The position numbers were made by a program, and so were the translations under genes. Positions 48,865-57,019 of a DNA stretch of 57,019 bases are shown here, one piece after another. A model generated the notes under the pieces. It was given only the letters and a program-made list of their open reading frames with translations. It made no database searches and was not told where the DNA came from. Source of the stretch: Thermoplasmatota archaeon. Its GTDB lineage: Archaea > Thermoplasmatota > Penumbrarchaeia > Penumbrarchaeales > Penumbrarchaeaceae. Each line of letters begins with the position of its first letter. The stretch's first letter is position 1. The stretch is from positions 1-57,019 of the forward strand of contig CBDDUX010000047.1 of NCBI GenBank assembly GCA_965234725.1, in the 5' to 3' direction.

Positions 48865-51024
48865 TCAATCCGAAAGGTTTGCGGATCTCCTGACCCCATC
48901 CGATGACTTTCCGTCCTTCCGCCCTTCTTCATTATCTTCAGGATCACTCTTCTCTACACGATACGTCCTGTATCCGGTTGCAATAATGCCGGTCAAAGAG
49001 ATGATGACAAGGATCATCACTATCACCAGAAGTATCGTGATAACGTTGTCATTCTCATCGAGTTCGGATCCGTTCTCCTCAACCTCGGTTGAGACCTCAT
49101 CTACATCCGTTATGATCTCATCTAGCTTTGATAGGGCTAAAAGGGTGGCAGAGATGTCTGAAATGTCCGAGATGATCGCTGAAATATCCTCCCGTATTAT
49201 GGAATCGTTCTCCCAGAGTGAGAGGACATGCTCCCAGATCCTTGCAAGATCGGATAGCGTCTCGAATCTTAGATCATCAACATTCTCCGAAAGGGAACGG
49301 ATCGATCCGGAAAGAGAGAGGTTCAATGCGGCCAATGATCCCCTTAGCATTTCAGTTCTGGTGGTAATATAATCCTCAAGCCCTTCCTGACCTGAAGTAA
49401 TGTTCGATTCCATCACCTGGATCCAATTTCGGTCCTCCTCGTTCTGGGTGATCAATTCCAACATCACTTGGTGCATGGATTCGTTCATATCCTCCCATTG
49501 GGATTCAACTAGCACCCGCACAGATCCATCCAGCTGGTCAAAGCGGTCGAATATGGACAATAGGTTTGTGGTCAATTTCTCATCAAGACTCCTGTTCATC
49601 CCGGTCAGATGGGTGAGGAGGTCAAATTCTAAGGCATCGATCCTTGTAGAGAGATTTATTTCAATGTCATCTAACCTCATAGTGAGGTTCCCCTCCATTA
49701 GCTCCATTCGTAGCAAGATGGAATCCATATCCATAGTGAGGAAGTTCAGGGGATTCAGAGGTTCCGGATCATCTAGATCCGGTATCCCATCATTATCATC
49801 ATCCTCATCCATATTGTTACCTTCACCATCATGATCGGTATCCAACCATTCAAGGATGTCAAGGGGAAAGGAGTCGTTCCAATCGGGATGTCCGTCATTA
49901 TCCATGTCCGGATCCGCATTGTCACCGATACCATCCCCATCCGAATCAATGTACTCATATGGATTCTCGGGGAATTTATCATTGGAATCGGATACTCCAT
50001 CATTATCGAGGTCCATCACTGCGATATATATGTCCCAGTTCTCGTTCCTTTTATCCTCCCAGACCATAATATCGCCATGGATCTCCACATTTCCCTGCTC
50101 GAGTACATTGGTGGTTACCGGATCCACGATGGAAGTGACGATGTCATGGGTGAAGATGTTCCAGTTTGTGTCACTGTTCCCTTCCCAAACAACACGCTCA
50201 GAAAAAATTGCGGGTTCCCTTTCATTGCTTGATTCGGAGTTGATCCTCCTTTCGGTGTTTGTTGTCAGATTGTAAAGATATATATCATAGTTCATGACAC
50301 CGTTCCTCAGGTCCTGCCAGACGATCCTGTCACCATATATATCCGGATTCTCCTGGTCCAGTGCGTTAATGGTTATCCGTTTCTCCACACTTGAGGTAAT
50401 ATCGTAGGAATAGATATCCCAGTTACCGTTCCTATCATCCTGAAATACCACGGTATTCCCAAATATCTTCGGCATTGTCTGACTGTTGGGATCGGTTGTT
50501 AGCCTTCTCTCTGTGGTCGTTGCCAGGTCATATGAGTAGATGTCCCAGTTACCGTTCCTGTTGTCCTGATAGACAACAATGTTCCCATGGATTCTTGGCA
50601 TTTGCTGGTCCGATGTGTCTGTTGTTATGCGGATCTCGGACCCAATTGAAAGATCTAGATAGTAGATATCCCAATTACCATTCCTGTCATCCTGAAAAAC
50701 AATGATATCGTCATGGACGACAGGATACATCTGGTCATTCTGGTTCGTGTTCAATCTTTTCTCAACCATGCTATCGAGATCAAAGGTATAGATGTCCCAG
50801 TTACCATTCCTGTCATCCTGCCATACGATGGTCCTCCCATATATGTCGGGTTCTTGCTGGTCGCCAGTATCATATGTTACCCTTTCAAGTGTTCCAAGTG
50901 AATCACCTTTTCTGGCCTCTGCGGTCATATCATCGTTCAAAATGAATGTCAATGATCCAGCAAGGATCAACATCGCAACAATAATCGGGCCAAAAGACCC
51001 CAAAAGGAATTTTTCAGATCTCAC
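48865..51024 (-). CDS. surface protein: beta-propeller repeats, TSP3 repeats, long helical stalk, C-terminal TM
   Basis: Seven V(W/F/Y)xDxRNxNWDIY-type repeats, DxDxDG...D.FP repeats, helical region, TM; GTG start. Confidence 0.88.
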   Translation of the reverse strand: MRSEKFLLGSFGPIIVAMLILAGSLTFILNDDMTAEARKGDSLGTLERVTYDTGDQQEPDIYGRTIVWQDDRNGNWDIYTFDLDSMVEKRLNTNQNDQMYPVVHDDIIVFQDDRNGNWDIYYLDLSIGSEIRITTDTSDQQMPRIHGNIVVYQDNRNGNWDIYSYDLATTTERRLTTDPNSQTMPKIFGNTVVFQDDRNGNWDIYSYDITSSVEKRITINALDQENPDIYGDRIVWQDLRNGVMNYDIYLYNLTTNTERRINSESSNEREPAIFSERVVWEGNSDTNWNIFTHDIVTSIVDPVTTNVLEQGNVEIHGDIMVWEDKRNENWDIYIAVMDLDNDGVSDSNDKFPENPYEYIDSDGDGIGDNADPDMDNDGHPDWNDSFPLDILEWLDTDHDGEGNNMDEDDDNDGIPDLDDPEPLNPLNFLTMDMDSILLRMELMEGNLTMRLDDIEINLSTRIDALEFDLLTHLTGMNRSLDEKLTTNLLSIFDRFDQLDGSVRVLVESQWEDMNESMHQVMLELITQNEEDRNWIQVMESNITSGQEGLEDYITTRTEMLRGSLAALNLSLSGSIRSLSENVDDLRFETLSDLARIWEHVLSLWENDSIIREDISAIISDISDISATLLALSKLDEIITDVDEVSTEVEENGSELDENDNVITILLVIVMILVIISLTGIIATGYRTYRVEKSDPEDNEEGRKDGKSSDGVRRSANLSD

Positions 51025-51183
51025 ATCATTCCCTCCAACAAGAGTGATTTCAATCTCTTGAGAGAAGGAATCAGAAGGTGTTCTATTAATACCGGTTCTG
51101 GAACACCGTTCTAGATGTGGAACAAACCTCTAGGAATGGTTTGACAATATCAACATTATAAACCTGAAGGTCACCTTCCCTCT

Positions 51184-52101
51184 CTATTGATCGAAAAGGC
51201 CCTCAACACTCAGGTATCTCTGTCCCGAATCCGCAAGGATACAGACGATCCTCTTTCCTTTGTTCTCTTCTCTTTTAGCGATCTCAATGGAAGCATGGAC
51301 CACGGCACCTGATGAAATGCCAACAAGGATACCTTCTTCCTTTGCCAGTTTTCTGCACATGGAAAAAGCTTCATCCTCCGACACTAATAAGATCTCATCG
51401 ATGAGGTCCCGATCAAGTGTCTCAGGAACGAATCCGGGAGCAGTCCCCATCATTCTATGGGGATTGAAAATACCCTGGGAGATGTAAGGGGATTCTCTTG
51501 GTTCCACTGCAATGGTTTGAATTTCACTTTTTTTCTCCTTCAGATATTTTCCACATCCGCAGATTGTCCCTCCTGTTCCCAGGGCAGCTACCAGTATATC
51601 GACCTTACCACTTGTGTCCCTCCATATCTCAGGTCCTGTGGCCAGGTAGTGGGCTCTTGGATTGGACGGGTTCACATGCTGGCCGACATAAAAAAGGTCA
51701 GGGTCCTCTGATATCATCCTCTTCATTTCCTTTCTAGCACCAGCTGTCCCCAGGTCCCTTGGGGTCAAGATCAATCGAGCCCCTAATGCTTTCAAGACCT
51801 TCCTTCTCTCCAATGATTGGATCTCACACATCACTAGAACCACTGGATATCCCTTGATGGCTCCCACCATCGCCACTGCCATACCAGTGTTCCCTGATGT
51901 ACATTCTATCAATGTCTGCCCGGGTCGGAGCTTCCCTTCTTTCTGTGCATCCTCAATGATCTGCATTACAGGTCTGTCCTTCAGTGAGAGAGGATTCATG
52001 AACTCGCATTTGGCTATGATATCATGCTCATGTGAAACTCTGGACAATTTCAGCATAGGGGTGTTCCCGATCATTTCGAGTATGCTGTTATTGATCTCCA
52101 T
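51184..52101 (-). CDS. cysK: cysteine synthase family PLP enzyme
   Basis: IGNTPM, KCEFMNPLSLKDR, TSGNTG, GTGGTI, GISSGA, DSGQRYLS; ATG at 52101 preferred. Confidence 0.88.
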   Translation of the reverse strand: MEINNSILEMIGNTPMLKLSRVSHEHDIIAKCEFMNPLSLKDRPVMQIIEDAQKEGKLRPGQTLIECTSGNTGMAVAMVGAIKGYPVVLVMCEIQSLERRKVLKALGARLILTPRDLGTAGARKEMKRMISEDPDLFYVGQHVNPSNPRAHYLATGPEIWRDTSGKVDILVAALGTGGTICGCGKYLKEKKSEIQTIAVEPRESPYISQGIFNPHRMMGTAPGFVPETLDRDLIDEILLVSEDEAFSMCRKLAKEEGILVGISSGAVVHASIEIAKREENKGKRIVCILADSGQRYLSVEGLFDQ

Positions 52102-52342
52102 GAGGGAACAACGAGGACCGGATAGATTAGATGTTCTGAAACAAGTATGGAACAGACCAACTATCATGATCTGGTAGCTGATCTCATTTTCTTGTGTTCC
52201 AAAGCTGTCAAAAATATCTTCCATGAACCTTGATGTCTCCAATTGTACAGTTATCGTGCAGTGATCTTATCATTGATACATAACAAATCAGACATTTTCC
52301 ATGGAAGGTTTTAAACATAAGTTGTCGTTTCAACGGGCCCGT

Positions 52343-53563
52343 ATGTTCAATTTCATCTATCTGCTGCTTCTGCTTATCGCAGCACTTTTCTTCGGTAAGC
52401 TTGCGGAGAGATTGAAATTGCCCACCATCGTGGGAAATATCTTTGGCGGATTGGCCTTCGGTCCTTTTCTGATAATAATCCTGAGGACCCTTGGCACCAT
52501 CCTTTCAATAAGCGAGATGAAAGATGTGGTGAACGATCTTCGCCCGGAGGTCGTGGAAAACGATGTCAGTTTCCTAATGGAGTTCGCCATAGTGATGCTG
52601 ATGTTCTCTTCGGGGATGGAAACCCGTATCAAAGAATTCCTGGCATCGTTCAAAACAGGCATTATTACAGCCTCACTGGGGGTCATCTTCCCATTCACAC
52701 TTGGATTCCTGGGAACCTGGTTTTATCTGGGGGACCCAATTATTGCTCTTTATGTTGGTGGGGCTTTATCAATAACCGCTGTGGCACTTTCGGTCTCCAC
52801 CTTGATCCAGATAGACGGGATAAGGACCCGTTTCGGTATGACAATAATCAATGCGGCCATTGTTGACGATATCATCGGAATAGTCGTGCTTTCTGTCCTC
52901 CTGTCCATTTCTTCCACCGGTCACCTTCCAAGTATTTTGATATTGGGTGTTACTGTCACACTTGCAGTAGGATTCGTTCTGGTTGCCCTTTTTATAATGC
53001 CCAATATCCTGAAAGGGACCTACAACCAATTGAAGGACATGAGGGCTACAGAAGGGATCAGTTTCACGATCTTGATTGCTGGTCTATTCGGATTGATTGC
53101 TCACCTGATGGGACTCCATATGATGATCGGTGCTTTCCTCGGTGGAATGGCAATCAGAGACTCCCTTAACAGCAGGACGCGTGAATCACTGGGACGTTGG
53201 TCCTATGGATTCTTTGCACCCATCTTCTTCGCCTGGGTGGGTTATTCCATGACGATTTCCGGAGCGGTCATATCACTTTTCGTTCCGTTGATCGTCGTAT
53301 TGGGATTCCTTGGAAAAGTGGTAGGCTCTGGATTAGGTGCCAAGATCTCGGGTCTCAACTGGGCAGAGTCATTCCTGGTTGGATTGGGAATGAATGGAAG
53401 AGCTGCGGTGGATCTGATCCTTGCAAGCGTTGCACTGCAGTCAGGAATTATCGGAAGGGACCTGTATTCGGCGGTTGTCCTGAACGCAATAATAATGGCC
53501 CTGCTTACACCAATACTCCTCAAAATTTTCTACAAGAAGTTCAGGAACAAGGGTTGGGTTTAG
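52343..53563 (+). CDS. cation:proton antiporter (CPA2, Kef/NapA-like)
   Basis: About 12 TM segments, NAAIVDDIIG, GAFLGG, FFAPIFF, GKVVG, GMNGR. Confidence 0.92.
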   Translation: MFNFIYLLLLLIAALFFGKLAERLKLPTIVGNIFGGLAFGPFLIIILRTLGTILSISEMKDVVNDLRPEVVENDVSFLMEFAIVMLMFSSGMETRIKEFLASFKTGIITASLGVIFPFTLGFLGTWFYLGDPIIALYVGGALSITAVALSVSTLIQIDGIRTRFGMTIINAAIVDDIIGIVVLSVLLSISSTGHLPSILILGVTVTLAVGFVLVALFIMPNILKGTYNQLKDMRATEGISFTILIAGLFGLIAHLMGLHMMIGAFLGGMAIRDSLNSRTRESLGRWSYGFFAPIFFAWVGYSMTISGAVISLFVPLIVVLGFLGKVVGSGLGAKISGLNWAESFLVGLGMNGRAAVDLILASVALQSGIIGRDLYSAVVLNAIIMALLTPILLKIFYKKFRNKGWV

Positions 53564-53611
53564 ATACAATTTGAGTAGAACCAATGGACCATAGAAAGGC
53601 CCTTCCAACCG

Positions 53612-54199
53612 TCAATTCTTCTTTTCCTTTCTTAACTCCTTGCCAACATCCAGTAATGCCTTCTCATGCTCATCCAAAATGGCTGACCAACGGAGTATCT
53701 TCTTGAATTGGATGATAAGGGATTTCATTGTCAATTCCCCGATAAGCTTCCCCTTGATAACCACTGGAAGTCTCTTGAGGTGATGTCTCTTCATCTTGGT
53801 CAAAGCTGAACCTATCGATTGTTTTGGAGACACGGAGATAAGATCGGTCGTCATCATGTCCTCTGCTGTTTCGATACCTCCGAACAACAGGGATTTGAAA
53901 TGGTGACCTGATATCGTGAACTGGTAGGGGTCTAACTTCCTCGGAGCTATCACATCAACAAGGTCCCTTTCGGTGATCAATCCTCTCAATTTCATCGATT
54001 TCAGGTTCTCGACAACCCAGATATGCTTTCTGGAACTGAGGATCCCGATGACCTCCTCAATGGATGTGTCAGGTGTGACGAAGCACATGTCCCACATCTT
54101 GGATTTCATGATGGTTGCTACGTCTATCTGATAGAATTGCTTGAGGATACTGGAGATGTCCGTTCCCTCGGACTTCTTGGGTTTGACATACTTGACCAT
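53612..54199 (-). CDS. CBS-domain pair protein
   Basis: VTPDTSI...GLITERDL; AEDMMTTDLISVSP...RLPVV..GKLIG. Confidence 0.85.
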   Translation of the reverse strand: MVKYVKPKKSEGTDISSILKQFYQIDVATIMKSKMWDMCFVTPDTSIEEVIGILSSRKHIWVVENLKSMKLRGLITERDLVDVIAPRKLDPYQFTISGHHFKSLLFGGIETAEDMMTTDLISVSPKQSIGSALTKMKRHHLKRLPVVIKGKLIGELTMKSLIIQFKKILRWSAILDEHEKALLDVGKELRKEKKN

Positions 54200-54350
54200 C
54201 TTCTTCCCCTGGGGTAGAATCGGTTCCCCATGCCATAGAGAGTGTACTTCAAGATAAACCTTGCCCGAGGAAAACAGGCACATACCAGTAACTGTAATAA
54301 ATCGGGACTTCATTGACCCGCTGTCCATAAGGCCCATCGGAGGTAATTAC

Positions 54351-55535
54351 ATGACAAGGAATCCCACTGCCTTCCTGAAGGAAGAATATGATGAACTGGT
54401 GAAGAACGGTTTCAACTGGCAGCTAAGAGAGCTTCAGGGGCCCTCGACACCCAGGTGCAAGGTGGATGGAAAGGAGCTGATCATGCTTTGCTCCAATAAT
54501 TATCTCAGCTTATCGAACCATCCCAGGCTCATTGCAGCAGCCAAGGAATGGGCTGACAAGAACGGTGCGGGATCAGGATCAGTAAGGGCGATCGCAGGTT
54601 CGATGGATATCCATTTCATGGTGGAAGAGGCCCTTGCGAAGTTCAAGAGAAGGGAATCTTCCCTTGTCTATCAGACAGGATTCGCAGCTAATGCAGGTCT
54701 CATCTCTCAGCTTGCTCCCGGTAAGGAAGACATGATCATCTCCGACGAGCTGAACCACGGTTCCATTATCGACGGTGTAAGATTATCAAAGGCTGAGAGG
54801 GGAGTATATCCCCACAACGACGTTGGCGGCCTTGAAGACCTGCTCAGGAAGACCCAGGACAAGAGGAGGGTCCTTGTGGTCACAGATGGTGTGTTCTCTA
54901 TGGATGGAGACACAGCTCCACTCGATAAGATCGTGAACCTTTGCGTTGAATATGGGGCAATGTCCTATGTCGACGATGCTCACGGAGAGGGCGTCCTTGG
55001 AGAGAAAGGGGCAGGTATCGGGGTCCATTACAAAGTGGATGACAAGCTGGATATTGAGATGGGAACATTCTCGAAGGCTTTCGGTGTAGTGGGCGGTCTG
55101 GTAGCCGGGTCACAGGACCTGGTGAACTTCGCCTACAACAAATCCAGGACATGGTTGCTTTCCGGCTCTCATCCCCCGGCTGTCGCTGGGGCACAGCTAG
55201 CTGCGATACAGGTATTGGAAGAGGAACCCCAGCATTGGGAAAACCTCTGGAAGAACACCAATTATTTCAAGAAGAGGATCCAGTCCATGGGATTCGACAC
55301 AGGGAACACAGAGACCCCAATCATCCCTGTGATGTGCGGAGAATCCCACAAGGCCAAACAGCTATCCCAGGAACTCTACAATGCAGGTGTTTTTGCTCTG
55401 CCGATCGTCTTCCCTATGGTTGCCAGGGACAAGTCAAGGGTCAGGGTCCAGGTAAATGCTGGATTGACCATGGAGATGCTCGATGAGGCCCTTGCGGCAT
55501 TCGAGATAGGCGGAAAGAAAGCCGGTATTATCTGA
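54351..55535 (+). CDS. kbl: 2-amino-3-ketobutyrate CoA ligase (glycine C-acetyltransferase); BioF-family PLP enzyme
   Basis: CSNNYL, SDELNHGSIIDG, TDGVFSMDG, DDAHGEG, GTFSKAFG, FPMVARDKSRVRVQ; GGAGGT SD. Confidence 0.85.
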   Translation: MTRNPTAFLKEEYDELVKNGFNWQLRELQGPSTPRCKVDGKELIMLCSNNYLSLSNHPRLIAAAKEWADKNGAGSGSVRAIAGSMDIHFMVEEALAKFKRRESSLVYQTGFAANAGLISQLAPGKEDMIISDELNHGSIIDGVRLSKAERGVYPHNDVGGLEDLLRKTQDKRRVLVVTDGVFSMDGDTAPLDKIVNLCVEYGAMSYVDDAHGEGVLGEKGAGIGVHYKVDDKLDIEMGTFSKAFGVVGGLVAGSQDLVNFAYNKSRTWLLSGSHPPAVAGAQLAAIQVLEEEPQHWENLWKNTNYFKKRIQSMGFDTGNTETPIIPVMCGESHKAKQLSQELYNAGVFALPIVFPMVARDKSRVRVQVNAGLTMEMLDEALAAFEIGGKKAGII

Positions 55536-55550
55536 TCCGGAATGTTTTTC

Positions 55551-55583
55551 AAGGGCCCTTCGGGGTCCTTTCAATATTTTTTT
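55551..55583 (+). terminator. UUCG-capped hairpin terminator
   Basis: AAGGGCCC-TTCG-GGGTCCTT followed by T-rich tract. Confidence 0.7.
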
Positions 55584-55613
55584 CTGGTTCGAATAGTTAC
55601 TATCTGATTGATT

Positions 55614-55832
55614 TCAGAAGAAGGTTCTCCAGGTGAAGATAATGAATAGACCGAAAATGACCGGCCAGATCACTATCTTGTGCCATAGGGGAGTATCGAT
55701 ATCCCAGTAGCCGATACCAAGTCTCTTTGAATGATAGAACCTGTAAGCGATCTCGAACGGATACCACAACAGGGCCGATATTGAAAGTCCAAGTTGAATG
55801 ATCAGGATGATCGTTTGGACGATCCCGGACAT
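55614..55832 (-). CDS. small two-TM protein or gene fragment
   Basis: Two hydrophobic segments; lies among decayed genes. Confidence 0.35.
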   Translation of the reverse strand: MSGIVQTIILIIQLGLSISALLWYPFEIAYRFYHSKRLGIGYWDIDTPLWHKIVIWPVIFGLFIIFTWRTFF

Positions 55833-55933
55833 GTCGGGTGACTTTGTCTCATACTTCTTTATTATTGCTGTTGTATTGATTTCCGATATGATCGATCATC
55901 GGTCAAACCCCATCCCCATCAACATATTCGCAT

Positions 55934-56179
55934 TTATTTGATACCTGAATGGAAGAGGGTCCTCCTTGAACCACCGAGAATTTCAGATAAACATTGGCAA
56001 AGATCAATTCGATCCAGGTATGACCAATATGAAATTGGAACATGAAGGATATCGTCCGACATCCCCTCAAGGTCCTTTGTGATAAGGACCGTTTCGAAAT
56101 TCACCTTCGGATAGGTTTCCATGAGATCCTTCAATCCTTCGAACTCCCTATCAGGTATCGTATTCACCATGGGACACAT
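55934..56179 (-). pseudogene. 3' relic of an AAA ATPase/DUF4143-type gene
   Basis: DREFEGL...VLITKDLE...HVPISYW resembles the C-terminus of that family; no upstream ATPase portion. Confidence 0.45.
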
Positions 56180-56353
56180 TGATCAAAAGGACCTTACCCA
56201 TAGATGATATGACGAGATCTATCTCCTTCTTTTTCAGGATGAAACCGGGATCCGATCCTCTATGGGCCAGATCCATAAACACTGCATTCTCGGCAAACCT
56301 TCCAGGGAAAGGACATTGATCGATCCTCTATTGTTCCACCATGGATTCCGATC

Positions 56354-56812
56354 TCATTTACCATCGATCTGCATGATCTTCAAAGGATCCGAAATAATCT
56401 GTTTATATTCCACTCTGCCTTCTTCAACTGCATCCTCTATGGTTGCCTGGTCCGTAACAAGGGTCGTTGAGGTTCCGGAACGCTCTATTCTGACTACCTT
56501 TCTGAGAAGTCCGTGAGGGGTCTTTTCCCCCACACCCATGGATAGGACATTTCCCTCTTCGATATCCGAAAGGTCCGGATCGGATCCTTCGAACACTATC
56601 TCCCTTGCATCAGGGGAAATGGATGTTAAGGAATCCATCAGGTCCTCATCAAGCTGTTTTGTTGTTTCAGGCATGGTAATATTGATCTTCGGATCATCTA
56701 TCCCTTTGTCATCATCGGCCTTTTAATCATCGCTACGATTCAAACATCCCGGTATCAAGCAACAAACCAGGAGTAACGATATCATAAGAAATGGCACTAT
56801 TCGCACTTTCAT
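56354..56812 (-). pseudogene. disrupted lipoprotein gene
   Basis: MKVRIVPFLMISLLLVCCLIPGCLNRSDD*KADDD... continues in frame into ORF 56354-56674; TAA at 56723-56725; apparently truncated at the 3' end. Confidence 0.65.
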
Positions 56813-57019
56813 GGGCTCCCACATATCGATCGCATTACAATTTAATAATATATTCGATAATTCCCATTGAATACTGATTCAATGATAAGATAAGGTCTCT
56901 CGACATTCAATAATAAGATTTCCTGCACGATCAGTAACCAATTGGAGAAAAATTCCTGAAGAAGAATTACAAAAAAAGCATTCCTACGGAATGCTCGAGC
57001 CTAACGGCTCTTTAGATCA

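Noticed and set aside
50000-50840. Periodic DNA repeats resembling a CRISPR array
   Set aside because: They are in-frame 117-nt propeller-blade repeats inside a CDS; no cas genes in the window

Overview
A 57-kb archaeal chromosomal window. Thermosome, GatD, diphthine-ammonia ligase, an archaeal AbrB-PhoU-like protein, TATA-type promoters and many membrane-anchored Ig/DxDGDG surface proteins point to an uncultured Thermoplasmatota; this placement is inferred. The left half holds housekeeping genes (msrA, DUF362 Fe-S protein, patatin, MtaD-like deaminase, dph6, M29 aminopeptidase, thermosome, MgtE-type transporter, gatD). It also carries a complete class C (IIC) group II intron (14166-16068) inserted just after a hairpin. 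The right half is a mosaic of surface proteins, a STAND regulator, a vapBC pair and bacterial-like accessory genes (three SAM methyltransferases, DEAD-box helicase, katG, pirin, cysK, kbl), plus several gene relics. Two leads stand out. (1) A coupled five-gene operon (7633-9478) encodes a stand-alone CDC48/NSF N-domain, three paralogous short coiled-coil proteins (one membrane-anchored) and a tandem PRC-barrel protein, a candidate membrane-remodelling or division module. (2) A ~245-nt GC-rich multi-hairpin RNA candidate (6153-6397) has a closing stem, a GNRA loop and a U-tract, and matches no RNA family I recognise. All functional calls come from motif recognition by eye; no searches were run.
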